Shown: piece after piece, positions 29,078 through 38,755 of the stretch
Numbering within the stretch: the first letter of the stretch is position 1
How the letters are laid out: every line of letters starts with the position of its first letter
Assembly (NCBI GenBank): GCA_020054105.1
Contig: JAGVLW010000053.1
Location: forward strand, 4,698 to 68,697
From: Alphaproteobacteria bacterium
GTDB taxonomy: Bacteria > Pseudomonadota > Alphaproteobacteria > Rickettsiales > SXRF01
Direction of reading: 5' to 3'
DNA: 64,000 bases
Program-made: the position numbers and the translations under genes
Notes under the pieces: model-generated
What the model was told of the DNA's origin: nothing
Database searches by the model: none
The model's input: the letters and a program-made list of their open reading frames with translations, nothing else

Positions 29078-29875
29078 TTATGACTTTGGCCCTGTTAAAT
29101 CCGCCATCTCTTTCCGCGTGGTTTCTTTTGCCTCTCGCTCAAAATTTTCCGCCCTCAGCCGTGCAAAGCCTTCCGGATTTCTTTCGCAATGGTAATAGTA
29201 ATGGCGCATTTTCTGCTGTTTATCCGCTTCCCTGATTTCTCGCTCGGATTGCTTTATGTAGCCCGCCATCTTCAACCATTTAATGGTGGATTTACCAAAA
29301 ATGAAAAACAACAGGAGCGTTGCGAACCATGTGTATTTATCGCCCAAGAATTCGATGATGGCTGGTATAACCAATAGCCACAAAAAGAATAAGAAAAGTA
29401 GAACATGCTTTGCACGGCGCGTTTGCTGAACATGCGCAGCCACTTCCGCCTTGATCTGTTTTTCTGTCCGCGCAGGCAAATCGGCATACACCATGCGCAA
29501 ATGACCTTCCTGTTTTAGATGATCTGGGAATTCCCCATTTTTCAAGCCTCTCCGTACCATTACCAATTGGTCGGCGCCTGGATCGTAATATCCGCAGATA
29601 TGGTCATATGGCCTTACGGATGACAAATCCAATACGGTATCCGTATCGTCGGAAGCAGATGCCATCAGCGGAATAGGAAACTTTCTCGCCCAATACTGGA
29701 ATTCTTTTTCCAGTATCTCCGTTACGGTCGCGGGAGCCGATGGTGCAAGAAACGTCACGGTCAGATGGGCCAGCCACATATCCGAGCGCGGCGGCAGGTA
29801 TTCGATATAGAAGCCGTCTCTTGCCTCTTTAATTGGTTCCCAGATTATAAACCCATCATGCATTGCCTTGGTCAT
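29078..29875 (-). CDS. hypothetical two-TM membrane protein coupled to zorD
   Basis: 265 aa: a soluble N-domain of about 165 aa, two TM helices (HVLLFLFFLWLLVIPAIIEFL and WFATLLLFFIFG), and a charged C-tail. Its start lies 3 nt after the zorD stop. Confidence 0.6.
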   Translation of the reverse strand: MTKAMHDGFIIWEPIKEARDGFYIEYLPPRSDMWLAHLTVTFLAPSAPATVTEILEKEFQYWARKFPIPLMASASDDTDTVLDLSSVRPYDHICGYYDPGADQLVMVRRGLKNGEFPDHLKQEGHLRMVYADLPARTEKQIKAEVAAHVQQTRRAKHVLLFLFFLWLLVIPAIIEFLGDKYTWFATLLLFFIFGKSTIKWLKMAGYIKQSEREIREADKQQKMRHYYYHCERNPEGFARLRAENFEREAKETTRKEMADLTGPKS

Positions 29876-29878
29876 GCG

Positions 29879-32800
29879 TTATAAGTAATCTCTCAGCTTA
29901 TCCGCCGCTTTTTCACAATCCACAGCATCAGCGCCGGTAATCAGCAATGCTTTGGGATACGCATTTTGCCATTCGTAATCGCGGGCCTGGAAGCGTAACG
30001 CACTCGTAATTCCGATACACCATGGCTCATGCGAGTAATAATGTTTCAGCGCTCGCTTTAAGTCCTCACATGCGCTGGGAGTAGAGTCACGATTGTTGCT
30101 ATGCTTGATCTGCACCAGCGCAACAATCAGCCCGTCACGGTTTTTAATCACCGTATCCGCGCCGCCGTCATGCGACGTAATGCATTTTTCCACACGCAGC
30201 CATGGTAACTGGCGCTGTAAAACCTGCCGTACATGATCTACATACTGGCGTTCATGCATTGCCAGTATATCTTGATAGCTGATCGCGCCAGCATCACCGG
30301 CTTTTCCCCATAGAACCTCATTTGCAAGGTAATCGCTATCTTCCTGCGACCCCGCCGGAGGCCAGAGCACTCTTTCACTTAATTTTCGCTTCTTTTCCAA
30401 CAAGCGATCAAGCACCAGATCGAAGCTATGTTCTCCCATGGAAGGGTGTTCCGCCATGGGATAATAAACATGCACCTCGCGTTCCTGGCCGATGCGGTAA
30501 ATGCGGTCGGTTGCCTGATCCTCCACGGCGGGATTCCACCAGCGCGTGAGATGGAAAACATGGTTTGCTGCGGTGACCGTAAGACCTACACCACCGGCGC
30601 GTGGGGAGAGCAGCATTACGTCAAATCCCGGTTTACCTGATTGAAACATATTCACCCGTTTCTGGCGGTCACTTCCTTTGACATCTCCCATGATGATCAT
30701 GGGCAGGTTTTCCAGCCGATAGCGCCTTTTCAATAATGAGGGAATCTCCCCATGCCATTTCTCAGGCTCAAGGAAGATAAGCGCTTTCTCTCCGCTCAAG
30801 GCAATACGGTCTAATTCCTTAAACATGGCTTTTAACCTGGCCGATTGCTCGATAAATACCTCATCCCCATCATACATTACCGGAGTTTGGTAGTGTGGGT
30901 GAAGTGAGAGATAACGCATTGCCTGTAGCGCTTGCAATGCCGCGCCTGGTTCGCCTTGGCGTGTTTTTGCCTGTTCGAGGGCGCTCGAATAATGTTCAGC
31001 TTGCAATGGCGGCATTATCTCACGGAGAGGATGCAAATGTTTCTTAGGGAGGCTATCCAATACTTCCTTCTTCATGCGCCGGAGCATAATGGCGGGTGCA
31101 TTTTCCGAGTGAGGACGCTTACGCACGCGATGGTTAAGCCTCTCTAGTTCCTCTTCGTTAGGAGGCTTGGCCGTAACGGCTTTTTCGTAGCGGTGGCTGA
31201 ATTCTTTGATGCTGCCCAGCAGGCCGGGGACGAGCGTATCCATAATGCACCACAGATCGCACAGCCTGTTTTCCACCGGCGTACCCGTCATGCCGATCCA
31301 GAAGTCCGCATTCAATGCTTTCGCGGCAATTGTCGCCAACGTATCGGGATTTTTTACCTTCTGCATTTCGTCGAATACCACCACGGAATAATGCTCGCGC
31401 ACAAACTCCCATTGGTAGCTGGCAAGCGTCTCATAGGTCGTTAGCACCCATGATGCTTGCCCTAATTTCCAGTTACGTTTGAGGTCTTTTAGCCATTTCC
31501 CATAGGCACGCACCGGCTCGCCGATACCTGGAGCAAACAGATGAACATCATGCTCTTTTATAATCCAGTTCTCCAATAGACCGGTTGGCGCTACCACAAG
31601 CATCGGCAAAGGTGAGAGCGCGCCTTTATCCATTAGTTCCCGTATCCACGCCATCGTTACCAGCACTTGGAAAGTTTTTCCGAGTCCCATGTCATCCGCT
31701 AGCAATACGCCACGAGTACCCGCACGATAATGTTGGGCAAGCCATTCAATGCCTTGCTTCTGGTGCTCTTTCGGCTGACTTTTTACGGCAGCAGGCATGG
31801 TAAATTTCGGCACGCGGCGTGGAATTAAGAGCACCTCATATTCTTTCTCCTGCAAATTTTCTTTGATATAAAGAACAGAAGATTTTTTCGGCGATGGCGC
31901 TGAAACCGCTGAAACGGGTTCATTCTTTTTATTTTCGGTGGATGTTGTTTTCTGATCCGGTCTGGCATTCGGTTTGAGCGCGCGTATGCTTTCCAATAAT
32001 TGTGTATCGGCCGGTATTTGAAACCCCTCATAATCGAATGATGGCGCCCCTGATTCGCAGAAGCCCATTGCTTGCTTCTCAAATTCAGCCAGCTTTTGTG
32101 GATTCTCGAAAGGGACGTCCTTATCGTCGATCTTTATATAGCGCGGCCACGGCGCCTTATCGGCCGTTTCTTCCGGTGGCCACCATATTTGCCCTTCGAT
32201 CATTATCCATGGAATAATGCGTTTCTGTTTTTCTCCGAATCCCACTACACGGTCGGAGAAAATGGCATCCAGCACCTCTCCGCTAAAATCTTCCCCCAAT
32301 TCTTCTTCAAATCGTTTGCGGGGATTCTGCAAAAAAGCAAGGCGCTTCTCGCCGGATTCGGCGCGGACTTTATGGACTACCTCTAATGCCCGATGAACCT
32401 TGGGACTGAGGACAAGATAACGCCCGGCTTCCAGCGTATAGTGCGCACGCATGGTTGTCGATTCTCTGAAATGATGGTGAAAAGCTTCAAGATCGGCGCG
32501 GGTAAGCAGGTCAGAAAATACCCGCTCTTGTTCATTATAGACTCCTTTACCAGCCTGCTTGAGAACCGGTACTACGGTATAGCCATCATCAGTGGATTCC
32601 GCTTCGATCTGGAAAGCGTCTGCATAATATAATCGTAGACGGCCAATGCGACCGCCTTTCTTAATCTGGTCGTGAGCATCTTCCGGCAAGTGCTGGAGAA
32701 GAGATTGTATTGCATGTATGTGCAGTAAGCGTTCGCCAGCCAGCCGCGTTGTCATACTGCGAATATTTTTTACTTCTTCCGTGATTCGCCAAATATGCGG

Positions 32801-33214
32801 CGGCATCAACTGCAAGGCTCCTGCAATTTCTACAAAACAGCCTTTTTCATTAACGCTCGTATAATGTCGGCCACCGGTCGTAAGCCAGCTGTAATCAATA
32901 CGGTAATTCTCATTATCCAATGCTCCGTCATCGGATAAACTCAGCACGCCGGTGAAATATCCCGGCAGGTCGAGCGCCTGACGGAGTTGGCCGTTATCCT
33001 CGGCAAGCGCGTCCATCAACCGCTTCGGAGTTACCGCCATGGTGGAGGTATCGGGTCTCGTTACACCATCCTGCTCATGCTGTTCCAACCATCCGAGTAA
33101 GACGTCTGCTCCCGTATTCTTTGCCTCCGTCCATTGCTCCAGTGGCAATGCCAGGTTTCCTTTCCGTAACTGGAAGGAAATCAGTCCATTGTCTGAATTG
33201 GAATGATGCAGCAT
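29879..33214 (-). CDS. zorD: ZorD-like SNF2-family helicase with a C-terminal Mrr/restriction-endonuclease-like domain
   Basis: SNF2 motifs LLADDMGLGKTFQVL, VVFDEMQKVKN, GTPVENRLCDLW and LLSPRAGGVGLTVTAANHVFHLTRWWNPAVEDQATDRIYRIGQ. The C-terminus SHDGGADTVIKNRDGLIVALVQIKH has a D...(Q/E)xK nuclease pattern. Confidence 0.8.
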   Translation of the reverse strand: MLHHSNSDNGLISFQLRKGNLALPLEQWTEAKNTGADVLLGWLEQHEQDGVTRPDTSTMAVTPKRLMDALAEDNGQLRQALDLPGYFTGVLSLSDDGALDNENYRIDYSWLTTGGRHYTSVNEKGCFVEIAGALQLMPPHIWRITEEVKNIRSMTTRLAGERLLHIHAIQSLLQHLPEDAHDQIKKGGRIGRLRLYYADAFQIEAESTDDGYTVVPVLKQAGKGVYNEQERVFSDLLTRADLEAFHHHFRESTTMRAHYTLEAGRYLVLSPKVHRALEVVHKVRAESGEKRLAFLQNPRKRFEEELGEDFSGEVLDAIFSDRVVGFGEKQKRIIPWIMIEGQIWWPPEETADKAPWPRYIKIDDKDVPFENPQKLAEFEKQAMGFCESGAPSFDYEGFQIPADTQLLESIRALKPNARPDQKTTSTENKKNEPVSAVSAPSPKKSSVLYIKENLQEKEYEVLLIPRRVPKFTMPAAVKSQPKEHQKQGIEWLAQHYRAGTRGVLLADDMGLGKTFQVLVTMAWIRELMDKGALSPLPMLVVAPTGLLENWIIKEHDVHLFAPGIGEPVRAYGKWLKDLKRNWKLGQASWVLTTYETLASYQWEFVREHYSVVVFDEMQKVKNPDTLATIAAKALNADFWIGMTGTPVENRLCDLWCIMDTLVPGLLGSIKEFSHRYEKAVTAKPPNEEELERLNHRVRKRPHSENAPAIMLRRMKKEVLDSLPKKHLHPLREIMPPLQAEHYSSALEQAKTRQGEPGAALQALQAMRYLSLHPHYQTPVMYDGDEVFIEQSARLKAMFKELDRIALSGEKALIFLEPEKWHGEIPSLLKRRYRLENLPMIIMGDVKGSDRQKRVNMFQSGKPGFDVMLLSPRAGGVGLTVTAANHVFHLTRWWNPAVEDQATDRIYRIGQEREVHVYYPMAEHPSMGEHSFDLVLDRLLEKKRKLSERVLWPPAGSQEDSDYLANEVLWGKAGDAGAISYQDILAMHERQYVDHVRQVLQRQLPWLRVEKCITSHDGGADTVIKNRDGLIVALVQIKHSNNRDSTPSACEDLKRALKHYYSHEPWCIGITSALRFQARDYEWQNAYPKALLITGADAVDCEKAADKLRDYL

Positions 33215-33216
33215 GG

Positions 33217-34650
33217 TCAGCGTACCCTGAAATCATTGTCACGGATATGACAGCCCGTATGCTTGTCTATGAAATCTCTGAATTTGCGCTGCCATGTGTA
33301 ATTAGGGCTACCGCCATGGCTGAATGCTTCATTGCACGCGGGCGCCTCCACACGTAATGTCGGGTCGGAATATTCTTCATGAATTAATGTAGGCGCATTT
33401 TTATGGCTGGCCTTCCAAAAACGGCATTTGCCATTATGATTGAATTCCGCGATTACCAGATCGCCGATGCGCATCAATAGCACGCAGCTGGCGGGGCTAG
33501 TGGAATTCGTAAGCTGGGCAGCAGCAGTAGCGTCTTTTTCCAGTATTCTCCTGGCGAGCGCATAGCCTTGTTTGCCTAGCACAACGCGCGCATCGTCTAT
33601 GGATTGCTGACGGATATATGCTCTCCAGAAAGCACGCCGGTATTCCCACTGTTCTTCGCCTATTTCGCTGATTATCTAGAAAAATTGCTCGATGGTGACG
33701 CCAGCCAGCCACCGGCGAAGCACATGCATAGCAGAATCACTTACCCCAGCCCAACCGCTACCAGCCTGGTTGCGGAACCGAGGGTCTTTGAAAGCGATAA
33801 GAAGACGATTGAGAATATTTTTACGCACGGCATCGGATGGGCGCTCATCCCCCCACGGCTCCAATAACGTTTCAATCAATTCCTTGCGTAACGTCTGGAA
33901 GCGCGGATTAGCCTCATCTTTCATTACATAATCCCATGCGCTTTCTACCAGTTCTGGTTTCTTAGTGAGCTGTGAGCGAATTTGTTTAAGTATGGCGCGC
34001 CCAAGGGCCGTGCTATATCCACCTGCTTCTAACTCTCCCGTCAGACCATATTCTTTCCAGTATTGCTTGGGCTTCGTCTCATAATGTGACAGATAACGCA
34101 ACGCGGCCTCCTTTAGCCATGACGCGTCCTTGAACAGGCCAATCGTCTGATCGCGTTCATGCCAGGCTTTAAGCGCGTCTTTCAATGCAGATTGTGTAAA
34201 GGCTTCCTGTACCCATTCTGCCATACGCTTTTCGACGGCGGCATGTTTGCCATAATCACGCAGGTAGACATGGATTATTCTTTTCCACATCCGAACATTG
34301 CTGGAGGCGATAAGTGTTGCATGCAGTTGTTTCATGAACGGTTCCTGATCCGCCAGGCAGGGCGAGGAGTGCCATAATATCCATGCTACTTTTTTCCAGT
34401 CGCTACCAGTTATCTCATCCCATTTATTCTGCTGCGATGCGGCCAGGAAATGCGCATGCAATGTATCTAGTTCCACAGGCGTGGGCTGTTTGCCCGGCCC
34501 ATGATGGAGTTGGACGACTTTCTGCGCCGTAGCTACCATTTTCGGTGAAGGTAGCGCCATCATGCGCGTAGGCATCGACGATGCCTGGTTCAACGTATGG
34601 CGAAAACGGGGCGACGGTGCGGATGCTGCTGGCGAAATATCGGCTGTCAT
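33217..34650 (-). pseudogene. zorC: ZorC-like EH-signature protein interrupted by a single in-frame TAG (33676-33678)
   Basis: ORFs 33676-34650 (324 aa) and 33217-33582 (121 aa) share one frame (33678-33582 = 96 nt). Read-through gives about 477 aa. The segment after the stop contains RRAFWRAY and VIAEFNHNGKCRFW, the E-x2-H region I associate with the EH_Signature domain. Confidence 0.6.
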
Positions 34651-34653
34651 TCT

Positions 34654-35409
34654 TTAATGCTCCGCCACGGCTCGTTTAATGCGTTCTACGTCTTCCGGCG
34701 TTGGTGATCGCATGATAAAGCGCAAGTCGATGCGGCGGTTCTGTGCAGCATCATTTTTCTTAACTATCGGTCTGCGTGCTTCGTAGCCGCTTACGGCCAG
34801 CACCGGAACATTTTGCATATTCAGTATATCATCATCCAGGACGGGCTGTGCCGCGGTCAACCCTCGAAACACGTTGATGGCGCGATTGGCGGAGAGTGTC
34901 CAGTTATCGAAGCCAGTTTCTGCCCCGGTGCGATCCGTATGGCCTTCGATCAATACCGTTTCCAGGGCTTCCTGGCTTTTAAGGCTGAGCTTTGCGCATG
35001 CTTCTTTTAATGTATCGTTCTTTACACGCGCCAGGCAGGGAAGATAGGTTCTCAATACTCCAGCCAACTTGATAAGTGCCTCATTGCCGTCTGCACTTAG
35101 CTCGTATCTTCCCCGGTCAAATAAAATTTTGTCCGGCAGGCGGAGAATGCCTTGTTCTTCATCCACCTCAACTTCTATGCCGAGTTCTTTGAGGCTTTTT
35201 TTAATTTCCTGCAGCACTATATTCCGGGATTCGATCATTGCGGTCACCTGTTCGGTGACATCCCTTGCTGTCTGCTCTGTATTGCGCATGTTACTGGCAA
35301 AGAGCATCAGCATAATAATAAAGATAAAAAGTATGCCTACGAGCAAATCCGTGAATGAAGCAAAATAGCTTTCATCATGGGTGTCGGTGGCTATGTCATG
35401 TGCGCTCAT
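34654..35409 (-). CDS. zorB: ZorB-like MotB/OmpA-family protein
   Basis: TM with a conserved Asp (FASFTDLLVGILFIFIIML) and a C-terminal OmpA-like peptidoglycan-binding motif IEGHTDRTG...NWTLSANRAINV...NRRIDLRF. Confidence 0.8.
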   Translation of the reverse strand: MSAHDIATDTHDESYFASFTDLLVGILFIFIIMLMLFASNMRNTEQTARDVTEQVTAMIESRNIVLQEIKKSLKELGIEVEVDEEQGILRLPDKILFDRGRYELSADGNEALIKLAGVLRTYLPCLARVKNDTLKEACAKLSLKSQEALETVLIEGHTDRTGAETGFDNWTLSANRAINVFRGLTAAQPVLDDDILNMQNVPVLAVSGYEARRPIVKKNDAAQNRRIDLRFIMRSPTPEDVERIKRAVAEH

Positions 35410-35419
35410 AATGCCTCAA

Positions 35420-37384
35420 TCATGCCGTCGCGGTTTTAGGAAGCTGCTTGTTTTGTTCCTCGCGCTCTTCCGTCAATTCGTTAATCGCGCCACTTAATGT
35501 CTGAATCGCCTCATTGAACGAACTGTCGAAGGATGTGACAAATTCCTTGACCTTCTGCTGGAACTCATCGGTGCCTTTTGCCAAGGTTGAGAAGGCATTT
35601 CCTAGGTCTGTATCGACTTTCTCAAAGCGAGTCTGGTAGCTGCTCCAGCTTGTATCCATACGCGTCATTACCTGTTTCAACGACTCACTGGCGCCGGACA
35701 TTGAACTGAATGCTCCCATAATAATGTCCTGTGCTTTCTGAATGGTGCCTACCGCCTCCATCATCTGACGGGAAAGCTGCTCGACGGGAGTAGCGGCCTT
35801 GGCCAACGTGCCGGAAGCATTTACCAGTTCCTTTACGTTTCCCTGCATGCTGTCCGCCACTTGCTTGAATTCCAACATGTGCCCACCGATCTTGACATGC
35901 ACATCATCCAGCTTCTGGGAAGAGCGGGTAAAATCATCTGCCGCGCCTTTGATTAACTGGCCAGCATCGTTTAACTGACCGCTGGTAGCCAGGAGGCGTT
36001 CCAGTGCGCCAGCCATTTGCCCGACGACATCTTTCAATGGCTCCAGATTACCGGAAAGCCCTTGCACTGTTGCCGCTAGTTCGCCGTGCGTCTTGCTCAG
36101 ATTACCGGCACTTTCCTTATTGCCGTCTGCCGCGCCTTGAATCTGTCCCCCAGCATGCTTGATGCTCTCCGCAATAATTTTAAGCGATTCCAGCACTTCC
36201 GTGAATTGCATGAGTGCTTTTTGTACGCCGGAAAAATCCGTAACGAAACGATCCATGGTTTCCGCCATTTTCTGCGTGGCATTACCCATTTCCTGCCCGA
36301 AATTACCGCCGAAGCCCTCTATCTTTCCGACAAGCTGATCCAGGTTGCTCGTAAGCGCCTTGATATTGCTTACCATCTGGTTCATTCCCTCGCCGGTATG
36401 CTGATGCATATTGCGCAGGAATTCTTCGAGTACAGATTTCAGAGCACCCTCATTACTGGAGTGATCGCGCTCGGCAATTTTCTTCAGCGTATCCACCAGC
36501 GGCGCCATTGCCTCGGAAACGCTCTTAGGGAGAGCATGGTTCATGATGCTTTCAAATTTAAGAGTGATATTGTCCGCCAGATTAGCCAGGTGAAATTTCT
36601 GCTCTTCTTGCACTAACAAAGAAGAATGCAAAAGTTTTTCTGCAGGTACAAATTCTGTACGCATCTCGATACCAATACAGAAATCGTGTATTTGCTTTCT
36701 AAGATTATTGAATAAGCGCCGCTGTATGACGGATAACACCAGACTAAGCAAAATCGCAAAAACAGAGGTGATAAATTTGGTAGACGCCACTCTGAGGAGT
36801 TTTTGCAATCCTTCGGTACTGGCAGAAGCAGTTGCCAGATCATGCTGTGCGACGGCGATAGCGGCGGCTAGCCCCAGAAACGTAAAAAGCAAACCGAGGC
36901 CAATAAGATAATTAGGGAATGCATAGAGCTGGGATAGATTGCGTCGCGCTCCAAGCACCGATTCTAATGTAAAATATCGCTGCGGGCGCGCCGTAAGGTG
37001 AACGGCTTGACGCATAGGCTTCGATATTTCAGCCGCAACGTCCCGACGGGGCGGTGGCGGTATAATCAATGTTTCCTGATATTGCTGCCATAGCTCCCGC
37101 AGGCAGTCTATTTGCTGTAACTCTCTGACATGCTTGTCAAAATGATCGTAAAACTCCTTTTGCAATTCATCTATGTGCTGATCGAACTCCCCCTCATGCG
37201 GTCGGTTTCTACCTAATGCAACGACTTTAAGCGCCTCTCTAAAGGCATCACGGACTTGGCGGGTGCTGGTAAAAGTATCGACAAGGGCAAAAATAAATAC
37301 GCCGCTGATAATGGCGATGAACACCGCAGGCGTATAAGGATCTGCCAGGATATCCCACAGGGGTTGTAAAAATGCGTGTTCCAT
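35420..37384 (-). CDS. zorA: ZorA-like MotA/ExbB-family channel protein with a long helical tail
   Basis: ATG at 37384 (the track start at 37420 is TTG). N-terminal TM, cytoplasmic loop and a TM pair (YLIGLGLLFTFLGLAAAI and KFITSVFAILLSLVLSVI), then roughly 400 aa of helical low-complexity tail. Confidence 0.8.
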   Translation of the reverse strand: MEHAFLQPLWDILADPYTPAVFIAIISGVFIFALVDTFTSTRQVRDAFREALKVVALGRNRPHEGEFDQHIDELQKEFYDHFDKHVRELQQIDCLRELWQQYQETLIIPPPPRRDVAAEISKPMRQAVHLTARPQRYFTLESVLGARRNLSQLYAFPNYLIGLGLLFTFLGLAAAIAVAQHDLATASASTEGLQKLLRVASTKFITSVFAILLSLVLSVIQRRLFNNLRKQIHDFCIGIEMRTEFVPAEKLLHSSLLVQEEQKFHLANLADNITLKFESIMNHALPKSVSEAMAPLVDTLKKIAERDHSSNEGALKSVLEEFLRNMHQHTGEGMNQMVSNIKALTSNLDQLVGKIEGFGGNFGQEMGNATQKMAETMDRFVTDFSGVQKALMQFTEVLESLKIIAESIKHAGGQIQGAADGNKESAGNLSKTHGELAATVQGLSGNLEPLKDVVGQMAGALERLLATSGQLNDAGQLIKGAADDFTRSSQKLDDVHVKIGGHMLEFKQVADSMQGNVKELVNASGTLAKAATPVEQLSRQMMEAVGTIQKAQDIIMGAFSSMSGASESLKQVMTRMDTSWSSYQTRFEKVDTDLGNAFSTLAKGTDEFQQKVKEFVTSFDSSFNEAIQTLSGAINELTEEREEQNKQLPKTATA

Positions 37385-37597
37385 GAAGATTCCCCACAAC
37401 TTATTATATTTGATGACCAATCATCATAAATCATGAGAAACTACTTGATATGCTTCCGAAAAGAAACGGTTTTCTAGTCTAAAGAATGTCTCTCCCGCAG
37501 AGGCATAACAGCATTGCGCATAAAACAAATCAATTCTGGTATAAGCTCATAAGTCTCAGTATGATGTCGTCCATTCAGGAAATGATGACGGACGCCT

Positions 37598-38356
37598 ATG
37601 CTATTCAACCCAGCCGCCAAGCGATTTACCTTTCGGGATTTACGCGCGCTTGCCGTAATGACAGACCCGGCGCTCAAGAAACAGCTAAATGCCAGCACAG
37701 CGGCCAGGGAATTTGCCGAGCATGTATATTCCCAATGTCGCCAGACCGAGGAAGATAAACGGCTATTCGGCGAAGAATTGGCAGTGTTGAAAGCGCGGTC
37801 TGACGCCATTCTTAAAACCGCGTATGAGCATGTGCGCCAGGAGCTGGCGGCAGAAGTGCTTTATGGATTTGGCACGAAGCCGCCGGTGACACCGCAAAGC
37901 GCTATCGACATCATACCTCCCCATTATTGGCTGTTTCTCCAGCTAAAGCCGGAAACCTCCGAAGCGTTCGGTCATGGGGTGCATTATGTGGGCATATTTT
38001 TCCAGCGGAAAGAGGATGTGCCCCCGGAAACTATCGCGTTGGTTAATGAAAGCCGGGGCAATGCATCCGTAGCCACGCCGGATATGCCGCCTCCGGTTTC
38101 AGCCGGAGAACAGCCCGATGAAGACCGTTACATTCCGCCTTATGTCCAGCTCCAACTGGACGCTATAAAGCATTTTAGCATCACCCCGGCGCATCATACG
38201 CTAAAGAAGACTATCACCGGCTGGCTGGAGAAAGAAGCCGCTGCCAGAGGCATCGAGCTTTCCGGGCGCATGCTGGAAAGCCTGGCTACATCCATCCGTC
38301 CGCCGGAAGCGCAAAAAGGCGGGAACAAAAAGCAGCACGAACCCGCTGAAGGGTGA
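37598..38356 (+). CDS. hypothetical island protein
   Basis: 252 aa, divergent from zorA. No recognisable motif. Confidence 0.45.
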   Translation: MLFNPAAKRFTFRDLRALAVMTDPALKKQLNASTAAREFAEHVYSQCRQTEEDKRLFGEELAVLKARSDAILKTAYEHVRQELAAEVLYGFGTKPPVTPQSAIDIIPPHYWLFLQLKPETSEAFGHGVHYVGIFFQRKEDVPPETIALVNESRGNASVATPDMPPPVSAGEQPDEDRYIPPYVQLQLDAIKHFSITPAHHTLKKTITGWLEKEAAARGIELSGRMLESLATSIRPPEAQKGGNKKQHEPAEG

Positions 38357-38542
38357 CATCGTTGCACCGGCAATCAGTAAAAACCGGCAAAGCATGTCGC
38401 CCCTGAGAGCGGCTAATTTCCTAGACAAATAAAGCCTGACACCCAGGGTGTCACCCCTGACGGCGCTACGGTAGCGCCTTTGATTTCGTCGTATTTTTTC
38501 TGGCATGCTGCCTCCCATCATCACGCATTATGGAGGTGCAGC

Positions 38543-38755
38543 ATGACACATTCAGAACACCCGGCCGGTGACCGGCTGCTAACGCGGAAGGAAGCGGCCG
38601 ATTATCTCGGCGTCGCGGAAAACACCCTGTCGGTATGGGCGAGCGAGGGGCGCTACAGGCTTCCCTATATCAAGGTCGGGCGGCTGGTGAAATACCGCCT
38701 GTCCGATCTGAACGAATTCCTCGCGCGCAATACGCAGGGCGGCGCGCATGAATAA
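38543..38755 (+). CDS. AlpA/MerR-like excisionase-family HTH protein
   Basis: ATG at 38543 with a GGAGG RBS. LLTRKEAADYLGVAENTLSVWASEGRYRLPYIKVGRLVKYRLSDLNEFL is the typical excisionase HTH_17 pattern. Confidence 0.75.
   Translation: MTHSEHPAGDRLLTRKEAADYLGVAENTLSVWASEGRYRLPYIKVGRLVKYRLSDLNEFLARNTQGGAHE

Noticed and set aside
35409-35420. Possibility that zorA/zorB are the flagellar stator motA/motB of the nearby flagellar system
   Set aside because: They are 20 kb from the flagellar cluster and inside the tRNA-bounded island. The MotA-like protein has a ~400-aa tail that is absent from stators, and the pair is followed by SNF2-nuclease and EH-signature genes.
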